Assembly (NCBI GenBank): GCA_964035545.1
Contig: OZ037767.1
Span: forward strand, 29,590,628 to 29,654,627
Origin: Bugula neritina
Taxonomy: Eukaryota; Animalia; Bryozoa
Direction of reading: 5' to 3'
Length of the DNA: 64,000 bases
Positions 26,301 through 38,662 of the stretch are shown here, in pieces. The notes below the pieces were generated by a model, which was given only the letters and a program-made list of their open reading frames with translations, searched no databases and was not told the DNA's origin. Position 1 is the stretch's first letter; the number at the start of each line of letters is the position of its first letter. Position numbers and translations under genes: made by a program.

Positions 26301-27187
26301 GAATTAGCGAATTATATACTATATTGTATGGATTATTCAGTATATAAACTAAAAACTCAATCCTATAAATATTCAAAATAATATCATCAACACCTGGTTG
26401 TAGTGAAATGCTGAAAGCAAGATGGCAAATTCCACTTCATCCCCCTGATACAAATGAAGGCCTAACCAACGCAGTGCGACACAAAAAGCCACCAGTAAAA
26501 GCCTCTAGTCGAAAAGATGGCCAACCAGATAAAGGGGTAGGGTTGATGTCCCGAGCACCTTTTCAAGACAATCAACCAGAGAAAATCAGACTCCCTCTTC
26601 AATTATTAGCCCCAAGACCAAACATTACCAGGTCTCAGCTCAACTCTACGTCAGCAACAAACCTTAGACAGCGAGAAGCATCTGCTAGTGTGGCAGCAGC
26701 TATACCTGTCTTAGCAAGGTCGCAATCCGTACCATTATGTTCACCATTGCCGTCAAGGAGAGAAAACGAAATCACAAGTCAGATGTCAGTTGAAGCAGGG
26801 GACATAACTCACTTGAGTAACATTCACCGGATGGATGAGTTTGAAAGGAAAACTGTCAGAAAAACTCAACTTATTATCAACCCAGATGGTAGTCAAGCCG
26901 ATTGCAAGGATTCCATTAGATACATCAGACCACAGGAGCGGCATAAGTATGACATTGCTACGTCACGCAGACTAGCCTTCTTGAAGAGGTCAATACCTGC
27001 AGACTCTACGGCTTCGGTTGGTAGAGACTTACTTAATGGTGCATATTCAACGAACTCTAGAAAGTCTGCTCTGCATATATTAGTAGAAATGAACAACAGA
27101 AAGGTGGAGAGGTCTTTGAAAGTGAAGCCTAATCTAACACTGCAAAAGAAGTTATCGGATTTCCTAAAATCTCTTGATGTGCCGTGA
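23309..27187 (+). CDS. Gene D: uncharacterised ~346-aa protein (helical N-terminus, disordered middle, amphipathic C-terminal helix)
   Basis: Exons 23309-23315, 24360-24472, 25422-25558, 26404-27187, GT-AG with phases 1,0,2 (1041 nt open). AATAAA at 27380. The start codon is uncertain. Confidence 0.7.
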
Positions 27188-28497
27188 TCGACCTTAATAA
27201 TGCCAAAAACTGCCACTAAATGTGGCAGTTTTTGTGTGCCAGAGTTTTTTGTTAATCAACATATCACTATTGCCCAGTAATTTGAGTTGATGTAAAATGC
27301 ATTATACTACCGCATACTACTATTGCTGCAGATATATATTGTATAGTACTGATAATTTTAAATTATTAAAGGCCAATTCAATAAATGTACATGTTGACTG
27401 ATGCTTATGAACCATATGGCAAACAACTCAAGAAAACTGCCTTATCTATGAAAGCTATTACTAAATTTATTTATATTACACAAAAACTTATGGATTGTTT
27501 GGCATTAAGATTGTAAAATTGCAACTAACAAGTGCTAAGCATTAACAGGGCTTCTCAACATGAACATAAATATAAGAACACATGTGCAAGATTGCAAAAG
27601 TACACTTGAAATATTTTCCCTGAAACAGTGAAATGAAATTTATATAATTTAGTTCTAGGTAACTTCTTAATACCAGTTATACAGGTCATATTGGTTTGAA
27701 AACCCAAAGCCTTGATTCGAGATAGAAACTTTTTAAATTTGCTTCTTTCGATAACATGCCTGACCTATAGTTACATTAAGTAAGAAGGTGTCAACAATAG
27801 GCCGACTCAGCAAGAGATAGTGTTTACTGCAAGGAAAGGTGTCAACAACCTGCTATTGTCAGCCAACAACATTATTTATTATACAAATATAGTCCAGTGA
27901 CCAAAAGAAATCACAGTTTTTCTATTTAAGATATGAAGTAAATAAACTCACTACACTATATAATAGTTAAGAGGTAAATTATTACTATTTGTTTAGTAAT
28001 GAAGGAGTGCCTTCAAAATTGAAAAAGACAAAACTTTACAAAAGAAAACAAATTTATTACAAAGAGTGAACAACACAACTAGATTACTTTGAGCTTTCTA
28101 TGAAAAGAGCACCTATAAAACAAAATTATGTGGTACAGAAAATTGCAAATTGAAACTGTGGTTTTAATAGAAAAATAGAACATGGGTTTTTCTACAATAG
28201 TGTTCGAGGGTTACACACAATTACCTAAAAAAATTATGAATTAAAAATTTAAAAGTTTTAGAAAAATTGAAGTTTAAAAATACAAGCGGTGGCTTGTAAA
28301 ATTTAGATTGATAGTTCTGAGAGTTGCCCCCTCTGTGAAAGTCTTTGATGGAGAGACAACTCCTGGTCATCATATAAAATATGGGAACAGTTCATTTTTT
28401 ACGAGGCAAACAAACCAAAGCTACAGCAACTATTGATTTTCTTCAACAAAATAAAATTGCATATAAATTTAGTAATTTAGTAATTTTCTAATGTTCA

Positions 28498-31400
28498 TCA
28501 TCGCACTCTTTCATAAAAGAGTAAATAGGCTTGAGACCCGAGCACGGTCCTTTCATTCACTTCCTTTACGTGAGTGTCGGATATATGGTACCATCTGTGT
28601 ACAGGTTGTGATGCTTTGGTATGATCACTATGATCTCCACTGTACACCTTAGTGCTTTGATCAGTAGACATTAGCTCCTCCTTGCAGACATCATTGCTAA
28701 AACATGCAACAGCATGATTGAGGACAACTCCCACTCACAGCTGACTGAATGCAGTACCTACCTGATGGATATACTAATGATATATGCAAAACAGACAGAA
28801 TATTCAGTGATGACTACAAGAGGCGAGTATAAACCAGTCAGCCAATATTTTCAAAACAGACAGAGTAGAACTGAGCAAGAAATAGCCTAACAGGCTAATA
28901 AGGGTATTCAAACAAAACTCTATAGACTAAATTCCTTGACACAGTAGGGGGCCTTACCACTCAGACATATCACCACCCTGCATCTCTCTCTGTAAACTGG
29001 CTACTCGCTCTAAGATGACCAGCACTGGCTTCTGGTTGCTAAGAGATTTCTGAAAAGTAAACAAACACATTACTCTGCTAGTCCAAAAGGATAGTTGAGT
29101 CTGTACCTGGCACAACCACACAGTATTTATAGTCACATCAACAACACAAGAAGGTAACACCTGGGAGAGCATGTGGCACCATATCTATTGCCTGATAACA
29201 ACTGTTGCGTAAGAGATACTAAAAACTGGGGGCGCGCAGGGGTGCCACCCCACCCACTAACCTGTAACATGTTCCTGTGCAAAGTGGCTGTGGATCTATG
29301 TCTGACATATGCTGTGTAATGACCACCATTAAGTCTACCACTGTGCTCCACCACAGCAAACAGCAGGTAGTTGACACTGGTCTGCCCAGCCTCAATTCCC
29401 TGTGTAAATAGAAACTTGGGCTACATTGTACTGCTTTAGATTCAAGACTGTTGAGTGAGACGTTATATGGCAGGTTCGATTATTACAGCAGGCAATGTAA
29501 CTAGACTAATTTAAAAATAACTACAAACTACATTGCAAATAAAATTATGAGAAACAAATTTAAAAGACCAAATAAAACAAACACTGTTATAATAAACTCA
29601 TGCTAATAAGAAAATCATTATAATAGACTCATGCTAATGTGATACACAATGAAACTTTAACCATTTCAAAATTATATTATAATTGAATATTTTCACTCGC
29701 TAGATGTGGGTCAGCTTAAAATGAACAAATGAATTACTAGAAATAAGTAGCGCATAGTTCCATCTATTTGCAGTGTCAGGGAGTAGAGACTTTCAACGGA
29801 TTGCAGCATATTTGTATAACCTGGTTACATCATATGAATAGGTCCAACAATATCAAAACTGTCAGCATCAGACAATTTATGTAAGCAAAGTCAATGATAA
29901 TACTATATTATACATATACTGCATTTCAATATTTGTGCTGGTAGAGCCTGAGTTGGCTGCAGACCTACGCAAACAAGTCACTTTCAGTGCCAAACTGCTA
30001 GCCTTCTGGCACGAATAACCAAGTAACATGAGCATAAAATTACATTTGGACAAACTTATTGGCAAAACGACATGCTCCAATTATTTTCAGAGAGGCATAA
30101 ATGAATAAATAATGAGAAACACAACATTAGTTGCCGATTAAATCGGATATTTTAGAGCACCACTTAAAACAACAAACAGGGTAAATAAATATGAGCCGGT
30201 ATTTATAGCTGCAGGTGATTGGCTAACGTTACTCGCTCAGAATCAACTGCTTTACGGAGGGGGGACAATTCATTCTTTTTTCAGAAGAATTTTTGTCCCA
30301 ATCAACACCTGTTTAGACTCTTACCTGAGCTAGACTAGAACAGTACGGTGCTAGGTCCAGTGAAATGGTAAACTCTACATGTCTGTTCACCTTGCTGAAG
30401 GAGTAGCCATTTTGTTGAAACCTCTTGAGGTGGAGAGTGAGCACGGCGGGTGGGCTGTAGACAAGCAGTTGCTTTCTAGCATTAGTGTAGACCGTGGGGC
30501 GAGATTTCTCTACAAACATTGGAGAACACGATTATAGCACATCAGTACGCAGCCCAGCTGTACGCAGCTCACCTGTACACAGCTCACCTGTACGCAGCTC
30601 ACCTGTACGTAGCTCACCTGCACACAGGTCAGCTGTACACAGCTCACCTGTGCGCAGCTCACCTGTACGCAGCACACCTGTACACAGCTCACCTGTACGT
30701 AGCTCACTTGTACACAGATCACCTGTATGCAGCAGATACAGGGGAGTAAACTCCACACTTCCTACTAAAAGGCATTTGTTTCGAGTATAAAGCAAAGTTA
30801 GAGAACAAATACACTGAGAGCATTGCGTGGAATAACCCGTGTAAGTGTTGAATTGGCCAGTAACAGTCATAGCAACCTGTCCATCTGATTGGTGTAACCT
30901 GGCAGTGCTAGATCTCAGAATGGCAGCTTTATTACGAGAATGAAATACATAGCACCACACGAGACATGTTTACATCGAGGACGGAGGGGGAAGATGACAA
31001 TAAGATATATAAATTCAAACAGTATTATTCGCACATCAATTAAAATGCAGCACATACCATATTTACTTGCATGGAGGCCCTACTTAACTTGTGAGAATAG
31101 GTATTACAAAACCCTAGAGCACTGGCTACAAACACCAAACCTACCGTTAGCTGAAGAGTTCTTCCTTCGATCCTTGCGGTTGCAGAAAGAGCAGGCAAAC
31201 TTATTGCTGCCCGTCAGAAGTTCGGGGTGCGTGAACAGCCCGAGTGAAGACAAGATGCTACACTCATACAGAGCACAGTCTAGCTTCTCCGATAGTGGTC
31301 TCAGGGACATATCCACCGCGTCCCGTATTCTTCTACTCTTAGGAACCTCAGCTGATGAGACACACCCCTCTCCAAGTGACAACTGCAACACATGCTCCAA

Positions 31401-34400
31401 GGTGAGTGAAGATAAAGAAGACAACACAAGCAGTGACAGCTGGTTCTATGGAATTGAAGTCTAAGAAAGTGAAAAAAAGCTTAGATGTGGCACACTGTGA
31501 TTAGTGTGTCTGCTTTTCAATTAGACAAGTGTAAGTATACTGAACAAGTGTAAGTAAACTGAACAAGTGTAAGTATACTGGACAAGTGTAAGTATACTGA
31601 ACAAGTGTAAGTATAACAAGTGTAAGTATACTGAACAAGTGTAAGTACACTGAACAAGTGTAAGTATATCGAACAAAAGTAAGTTTATGACTCACCTTTT
31701 CAAGGCTGTAGGACAGACAGTCATTGCGTAAGATACCAGCAGATTCTACAGTAGACAGGGGAGATAATCACCAACAGGGCAATGACAGGTTTCACTGGTG
31801 TATAAGCAGCATGCAATGAGCTTTAATAACAAGTTATGTTGGCATGGAAGCTATAAACTGTACTTTACATGTGCATTAGGTAATATACACTACATTAAGT
31901 AGTATACATATACACTAGATTACATAATATACATATATACTACAATATATAATATACAGTATACACTACATTAGATAATATACATATAAACCGACATATA
32001 TATATGTATAGTATAATTGTTATTAAGACACGTAACACAACTACGAGCACCAAGAAAGGAAATACAGGACCCTGTAAAAGCATACCGCTTTCAGAGTCTG
32101 TGTTGTACCCCAGTTCTGATTTAGGAGTTGTCGACCTTGAAGAAATACTGGCATTATTCACCACAGCATCTACCAGAGTACCAACTGACGTGTTGGAGCT
32201 GGCCGTAGCATTATCACTCTGATACTTTGCTCCGTCAACTTCACCATCTTTCACGCTGAGAGTAGAGGCTGAGCTAGATGCAGCAACCTCTACGGCAGAA
32301 GTGCTAACCACTTGGGCTTCCTCTAAATCAGCTGCCGCAGACACTCGATTGCGTTTTTTCTGTCAATCGAGAACAAATTGATGACATCATCAAGGCAAGA
32401 AACTGATGACATCATCAAGGCAAGAAACTGGTGACATCATCAGGATAATAAACTTTGCTACAGTTGTTCTAGGTAAGGGGGAACCCCACAAGAGCACACC
32501 TGTGAAGATGTTTCAACAAAAGTTTCCAGGAGAGTTTCAAAGAAAAGTTACTAATGAGTATACCAAAGCTTGTATAGCATTACTTCAGAATGCGTGAGTA
32601 TTGAGATCAGAAGGCAAAAGTAAAAGTAGCACCAGCAAACTCGCCAGGAAAACTCACAGCTTTCTTTGCACTTTTAGCCAGTTTCTTCTGTTGGTGCTTG
32701 CTCGGTCCTTTCTTCTCTTCATTGGGAAGGTAGGAATCAGCTGCAGACTTCGAGCCTTTCCTGGGTATCGTGTGTCTGCCTTTCTCCTCGTGCACTGGCA
32801 ACGACAAGTCTAGGAACGGTTCAAATATCTGTGAGGCCTGGCAAAACACAGAGCAACACTGTACCAATACAACGCCGCAACATTAAAACAAATCAATCAC
32901 TTAACGGCAGTACATATAATTAGTACTACTTATCAGCTACATATAGCTAAAAATAGATTCGAGGCATGTACAAGATAAAAGTCGGATACTGTAATAGATG
33001 TGGTATTACCTTGCCACAGTCATTACACAGCACAGTACTGAGTAGATATCCACCAAACAAGGAATCTACGGCCGTGTGTGCAGCTTGTCGGCCGTAGCTC
33101 TTAATATCTGGCACCACTTGCTTCTTAGAGTGGTCGTCTAAACTCTTGTAGTTGAATGTGTTGAGAATGCCGGACTGTATCCTCTAGAAATATCCCAGTT
33201 GAATGCATAAACTAGACTATGCTCATTACTTTTAGCACTAAATTGGCAGGAAGTAGCTTTTTATAATAATTTTATTTGCTAAAATCAATAAAAAATGAGA
33301 ATTGTTAACCATTAAAACAGCTGCACAGCATATATCATTTTATAGAACAGAGTTGTTAAATATTTTGTTGGTGCAAAGAAAAACAATGAATTTACTTTCA
33401 TTTCTTCCATCTTCAGAGCATCTAGAAGGTTCCGGAGAAGCTCATGACTGTCTTGCTGCTGGTAACCTTTGAACCTGGGCACCTTCTGGCAGATCTGGTG
33501 AAACAGAACTCCGGGATTGAGGGGCTGCTTGGCCCGTTCCTCGGACGCCATGTCTCTAAAGAGTTTGACCAGCGCATCGGTGAGCGCCATCTTGTCTTTA
33601 GAGAGCTGCACCTTCAGTGGAGGCTACAAGGTCGTTTATACTACAGAATTCTTACAGCAGATATACGCTCCAGGGGCATCTTTTAGATACAAAAACAAAC
33701 TCATTTCCTCATTATTTTCACTTAGACTACTCGCAGCGCAGAAATAAAAGCGGGTTTGAATGTCAGTGCACTTCAACAGCAAATATCCTATATACAGCAA
33801 TGAGATAAATGAAACACGTGTCTGAACCAGCTGGTAGTGGCACACCACGCAGATCCTAGGTGACAATCTAGGTTATCAGACCTCACTAAACTATAACATA
33901 TCCTGTACAGTGAAGTTATTGAAGGATGCTGGTTTAGAGCTTACAGGGGAACAGCTAGAGCATTGCGGCATATATATGAGTAAATGGTCCACTAATCTTA
34001 TGGTGAATGCAAACTGCACATTCTATAATTTGATTTTAATATTATATCAACAAGTAGAAATAAGTTTAATTTCCCAAAATTAAGATCTACTCACAGAGAA
34101 TAAACGAATAAAATCAAGATAATAGAACATTGCCTCAAAACAAAGAAATTTGTAGTTTCTGAGGAAAAATTGCATAAAAAAGACACATGTTTAGGATAAA
34201 ATGGGCAGATCAAAAGATAGTTGAACTTAAACAGAGCCAAAAGGGAACGTTATGCTGTTATATCTGTAAGGTAGCGAGTAGACAAGCACACACTTACCAA
34301 GCTAGTTGGTTTGGACTCGTCTCCCTCACTGTCGTCATAATCGCTGCCTAAAGGGGAAGTGTTACTATACCCGTTACTATGACTACTGTGCCCAGGTAAC

Positions 34401-36704
34401 TGTATAGTTAGCTCACTCAGTCTCATGTCCACTAGCAGTTCATTCAGCTCTCCCAGCTGAGACAGACTTTGTATAACAGCATTGAAGAAGCATGTATTGC
34501 CCAGATTGGACAGACCCTAGAACATACGACACCTAATGTGTCAGAAGATGAAGAGTTTCTAAAACCATCTGAAGGTAAACATTCAGAGTATTTCAAATAT
34601 ACAGAGCTGTCAGAATTACCTTTAACTTTGGCAGGATTTTAGTAACGGTCCCACCGCTGCCATTTCTCTTCCTCTGTGTCTGCTGCGGTGTGCTGCCAGC
34701 TGGCTCAACTTGTATCAGCATTTCCGAGGAGTTTGGACGGCCTGGCTTTGAGTGGTTGACACCGAGCTGCTTGCGTATCAGTGATATGATGTCCAGAATG
34801 GGCTTGCTGGTCTGAGGGAATATTTCATCGTCACATTCATAGCACCTGTGACAAGATAATCACACTGCTGTGACAAGACAAGCACACTGCTGTGACACAT
34901 GGAACAAGACAAGCACGCTGCTGTAACACACCTGGTAAAAATAAGCTCAACAAGATGTCACATTCACATCCTCACCAAACCAAAACAGGTGATTGTCTGC
35001 ACATTCAAAGGGTTTGAACTTTAAAATCCAAGACAACATATTAGAGCAACTAAAGTAGAGGCGGTTACAGTTAATTTTCTCGGAGAGACATGAGATAAGA
35101 TAAAAACAAATAACAATAATTTTCAAGTTCAACACGCATCAGCATAACATCTCTAGACTCTATACAATCAAAATACTTCTGATCCAAAATCCTAAAGTGA
35201 TATGAAATTTTATGTGAAACTAAGTGGGCAATTCACTATCAGGGAGTTGCAATACAAGATATAATATCTGTGAGTGATTATTTCCATTCAGAGTCATGTA
35301 AATGTTACATAATTGTTATACAAGAGCCATGCCCATTTAGTACTGCATTCCCTTTCCATGTGTTCCCATTCAATCCATCTAATTGTCAACTAAATGATTA
35401 TCACGAGCACTCAATAATGTAAATACCCAGCAAGCTAGTAAGTGAAAAACAGCCCACATGCCAGAGTAACAAACTAGTAGAATATCTGTATTATTATCAA
35501 CTAAGAGTGCACTGGTGTGCAATGAAACCCCAAGAAACCAAGCAAACATAAAACAGTGATTCATATTCCTTACCACACCATCTCTGTGTGGATGTTGACT
35601 ACGATGTTATGGGCGTCAGAATGAGGCTGCTGGTAATGTTTGAGACTGTGCTGGAAGTCAGTCGACCTGCCACACCCCTAGAATACTCAACATATATAGG
35701 GAAAGCAACTCCCAAGGCATGTTTGTATATTGTAGAGTGAAAACTTGTGCCATGGTTCAAATGAGAAAATAGAAACAAGAGAAAAATCTTCATTTACCAG
35801 CAAATAGCTATACCTGGTAGCCACATTGTAGGCAAATCCAAACGCTCTGCAGATCATCGTGGGAATCTCCAGAATAATCAGCATCTTTGGCACATGCCTA
35901 TAATAACATAATATATGATATTAGCACACGCCTATAATAACATCAGGTATAATATTAGCACATACACCGATATTTGTCTCTTGAAACAAGTCAAGCAATT
36001 CCAAATTATACGGTCACAACTGTACACCATGCTTGGTGAAGATATTTACTACACATATGCAGGTATGTGAGTACAGATATGAACATGTAAATGCAGGTGA
36101 GTGTAAGTGTGAACAGGTGAGTATAGGGATGAAAAGGTGAGTGTATGTATGAACGGGTGAGTACAGGGATGAACAGGTAAGTGCAGGTGAGTGCAAGTGA
36201 ATGCAAGTGTGAACAGGTGAGTATAGAGATGAAAAGGTGTGAAAAGGTGATTACTCAGAGCTCATGAATTAAGTACCGCCCACTTACGGTGCACTGCATA
36301 CGAGCTGTCTTTAAAGTCTTTCTGCACGCCGAAACATTCACGGATTTTGACATGTGACTGCAGGAGCTGCGATTCACACAGCCATCTGATAAGAACAGAA
36401 ATAAAAAATTACAACTCCCTATTAGACAATAGCAAGTTCTAAATACAACAACTAAACATGAAACCCTCATCATCAAAAATCAAAAGTTCTATCTGCCCAT
36501 AAGCTTAATACTACCCAAGACTGTTGAGCAGTTGGCAGCTCAATTACTATAACAAAACACTAGTTTCATATAGAAAGTATATCACTTATAACACCATAAC
36601 TTATTCCTACCCGTTGAATCATCTTCAACATTCACTAGACTGTTATAGAAATTGTTGGGAGTTGCATTTCTTTGAGCTGCTCGTTTCTTTCCCTTCTTTG
36701 CCAT
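28498..36704 (-). CDS. USP16/USP45: Ubiquitin carboxyl-terminal hydrolase of the USP16/USP45 family
   Basis: 16 phase-compatible exons: 36611-36704, 36288-36385, 35814-35897, 35574-35677, 34620-34845, 34298-34516, 33396-33623, 33010-33183, 32658-32837, 32086-32359, 31696-31745, 31145-31382 (or -31445), 30325-30509, 29262-29399, 28958-29049, 28498-28696. ZnF-UBP ([27 protein letters not shown]), Cys box [35 protein letters not shown], His box VEHSG...GHYTAY, WYHISD and AYLLFYER. Confidence 0.93.
30545..30735. repeat. 15-nt minisatellite (CAGCTCACCTGTACR, ~13 copies) in USP intron 12
   Basis: Directly visible; it generates the repetitive ORFs at 30494-30960. Confidence 0.95.
31524..31668. repeat. 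19-nt minisatellite (ACAAGTGTAAGTATACTGA, 8 copies) in USP intron 11
   Basis: Directly visible tandem copies. Confidence 0.95.
32378..32442. repeat. 25-nt tandem duplication (~2.6 copies) in USP intron 9
   Basis: AAA(T/C)TG(A/G)TGACATCATCAAGGCAAG repeated. Confidence 0.85.
36060..36250. repeat. Degenerate 10/20-nt minisatellite (GAACAGGTGAGT-like) in USP intron 2
   Basis: Repeated RGGTGAGT cores at a ~20-nt period. Confidence 0.85.
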
Positions 36705-38662
36705 AGCATCTGAAAATGGGCACCTATCTTCAATTACTCTCATTTCTAGGATCAGCAAAGCCGGTCAAGCATGACAATGACGTGAAATCTCGTCTAAAAA
36801 TAAGAACTTACATTATATAAAAGTGAGTGTATTACCACTTGAAACAACAAAAATATACAGTGCCAGTTACTATAAAGGTTAAACTTTTTCGATAGCAATA
36901 AGCTGCTTTCATAGCTTCTAAAATTTACAACTTTTGCTGCTCCAAACTAATGTATGCCTCAAGCTTCTTCTTTTTAACTAATCGAATTTGTAACTATAGA
37001 AAGTAGCACACCATCCATAGGACCGAACTTTGCAGCAACAAAAGCAGTTTAGATTGGTTGGACATCACATAATATAGGTCAAGCGGGTTTTGTGCAGTTA
37101 GGTATTTTCTAACTAAACATTTAACTTTCAAGATACAGAGTTAGTCTGTCAATGCATCCTAACTAATGACAAAATATGTAGCGCAAAGTATGTAGAAATT
37201 CAAGTTAGATATCTAAGGAGCAAAAATGCTATCTTCGTAAAAAATGATTACTAGCCAGCACATTAATTTCATTTCAATTATTCAACTAGGCTAATAAACT
37301 ATGAAATTTTGTTCTAAAATTACTTAAAAAATTCCTAAACATACGAATTTCTTAATAAATCCTTCCCTTTCAGTTTGCCATTTTTGAAATTACAATAATT
37401 AGCTTACAATTGTTAACAGTAAAATTCTTATTACAACAAACTTTATTGCTTGGATTTGTAAACATCTTGATAGGCTTTTTTTGTAAGTTTCTCTTTTGCA
37501 ACACCAAATTTAAACTGAAATGCAAAACATAAAAGCACTAAAATATAAATCTTAAAAATATATATATAATATATTGACTCAGTATGACTATGGGTATCAG
37601 AATTAGTTTTAGTTTATAATTTAACTTTAAAAATATAAATATTATAATATAAATACCATTTATTATCATAATTATCTACTTTCATTATTAAATTTAATGA
37701 TATTCAATATTTAATATAACTATATTTAAATTATTATTATGGTCATCAGACACATTGACCTTTCTCTTTTACTTTGAGTTTAAGTTTAAATTTGACTTCA
37801 AGTTCAACGTTAAAAGTTTTAATTTTTAAATAATGAATTTACGACATGGTGATGACTAATGAGGCGGAGCTGTGAGCATCAAACAGACAATTCACAAATG
37901 ATCAAATTCACTGAGACAATGATAGTGATGCTGATACTCATACTGATACTGATTGAGTAAATAATGAATAATCATAATGATAATGTTTGTTAAACTTGAA
38001 GTAACTATTTTTGAGCACATAATGATAATGATAATAATCATAAACACCAATACATTAACTATTTAAATATGCAAAACTGTACAATAGTTCGATCATTGCA
38101 GCTACCAACATGATTACCAACGTGAGTGTCAAGTTCAAGTTATTGTCGATTTGAGTTCTACTTTTAGTTCAAATTACTAACAGTAACTTTGAGTTGGCGA
38201 ATAACTAAAAGGAAACTGCCCATTTTACTAAATATTCCAATCAGATAGCCAGAGATACTGGTATTACTTTCGCTTGTGCAGTTATTATTAGCAGCAAAAC
38301 AGCCTTTTTGTATTCGATGATCACAGGCTAAGATATTATTTTTCAAAAAGTTGAAAGCTCGGTTGTAACTGAGCGCATAAAAATTGCATAGTATGTTTTA
38401 GCACAATTTTATTTTTATTTGCAAATTAATTTTTAATTTTCGTATATTTAAAAATAAATATATTAAAAAAAACTTTTATACTTTTCACTTTTTTCTTTAG
38501 TCAAAAAATTACTACGCCAAATTAACCAGACGATTGGTATTATCTGCGCATGGTGCAATCAGTTCAGTGGTATCTGGAAGATTCACTCAGGTGCACGTGA
38601 CAAAATATTCTCTCTACTTTTTCTTCTTCAATTTCCTCTCCCCTTTTTTTACTTCAACCAGT

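Noticed and set aside
27204-27234. Hairpin plus T-run as a rho-independent terminator
   Set aside because: This is a spliced eukaryotic gene with a downstream AATAAA; kept only as a possible UTR hairpin.
30494-30960. Repetitive ORFs (VRSSP, CVQVS, LYAAH, TGELR)
   Set aside because: Products of the 15-nt intronic minisatellite, which is open in several frames.
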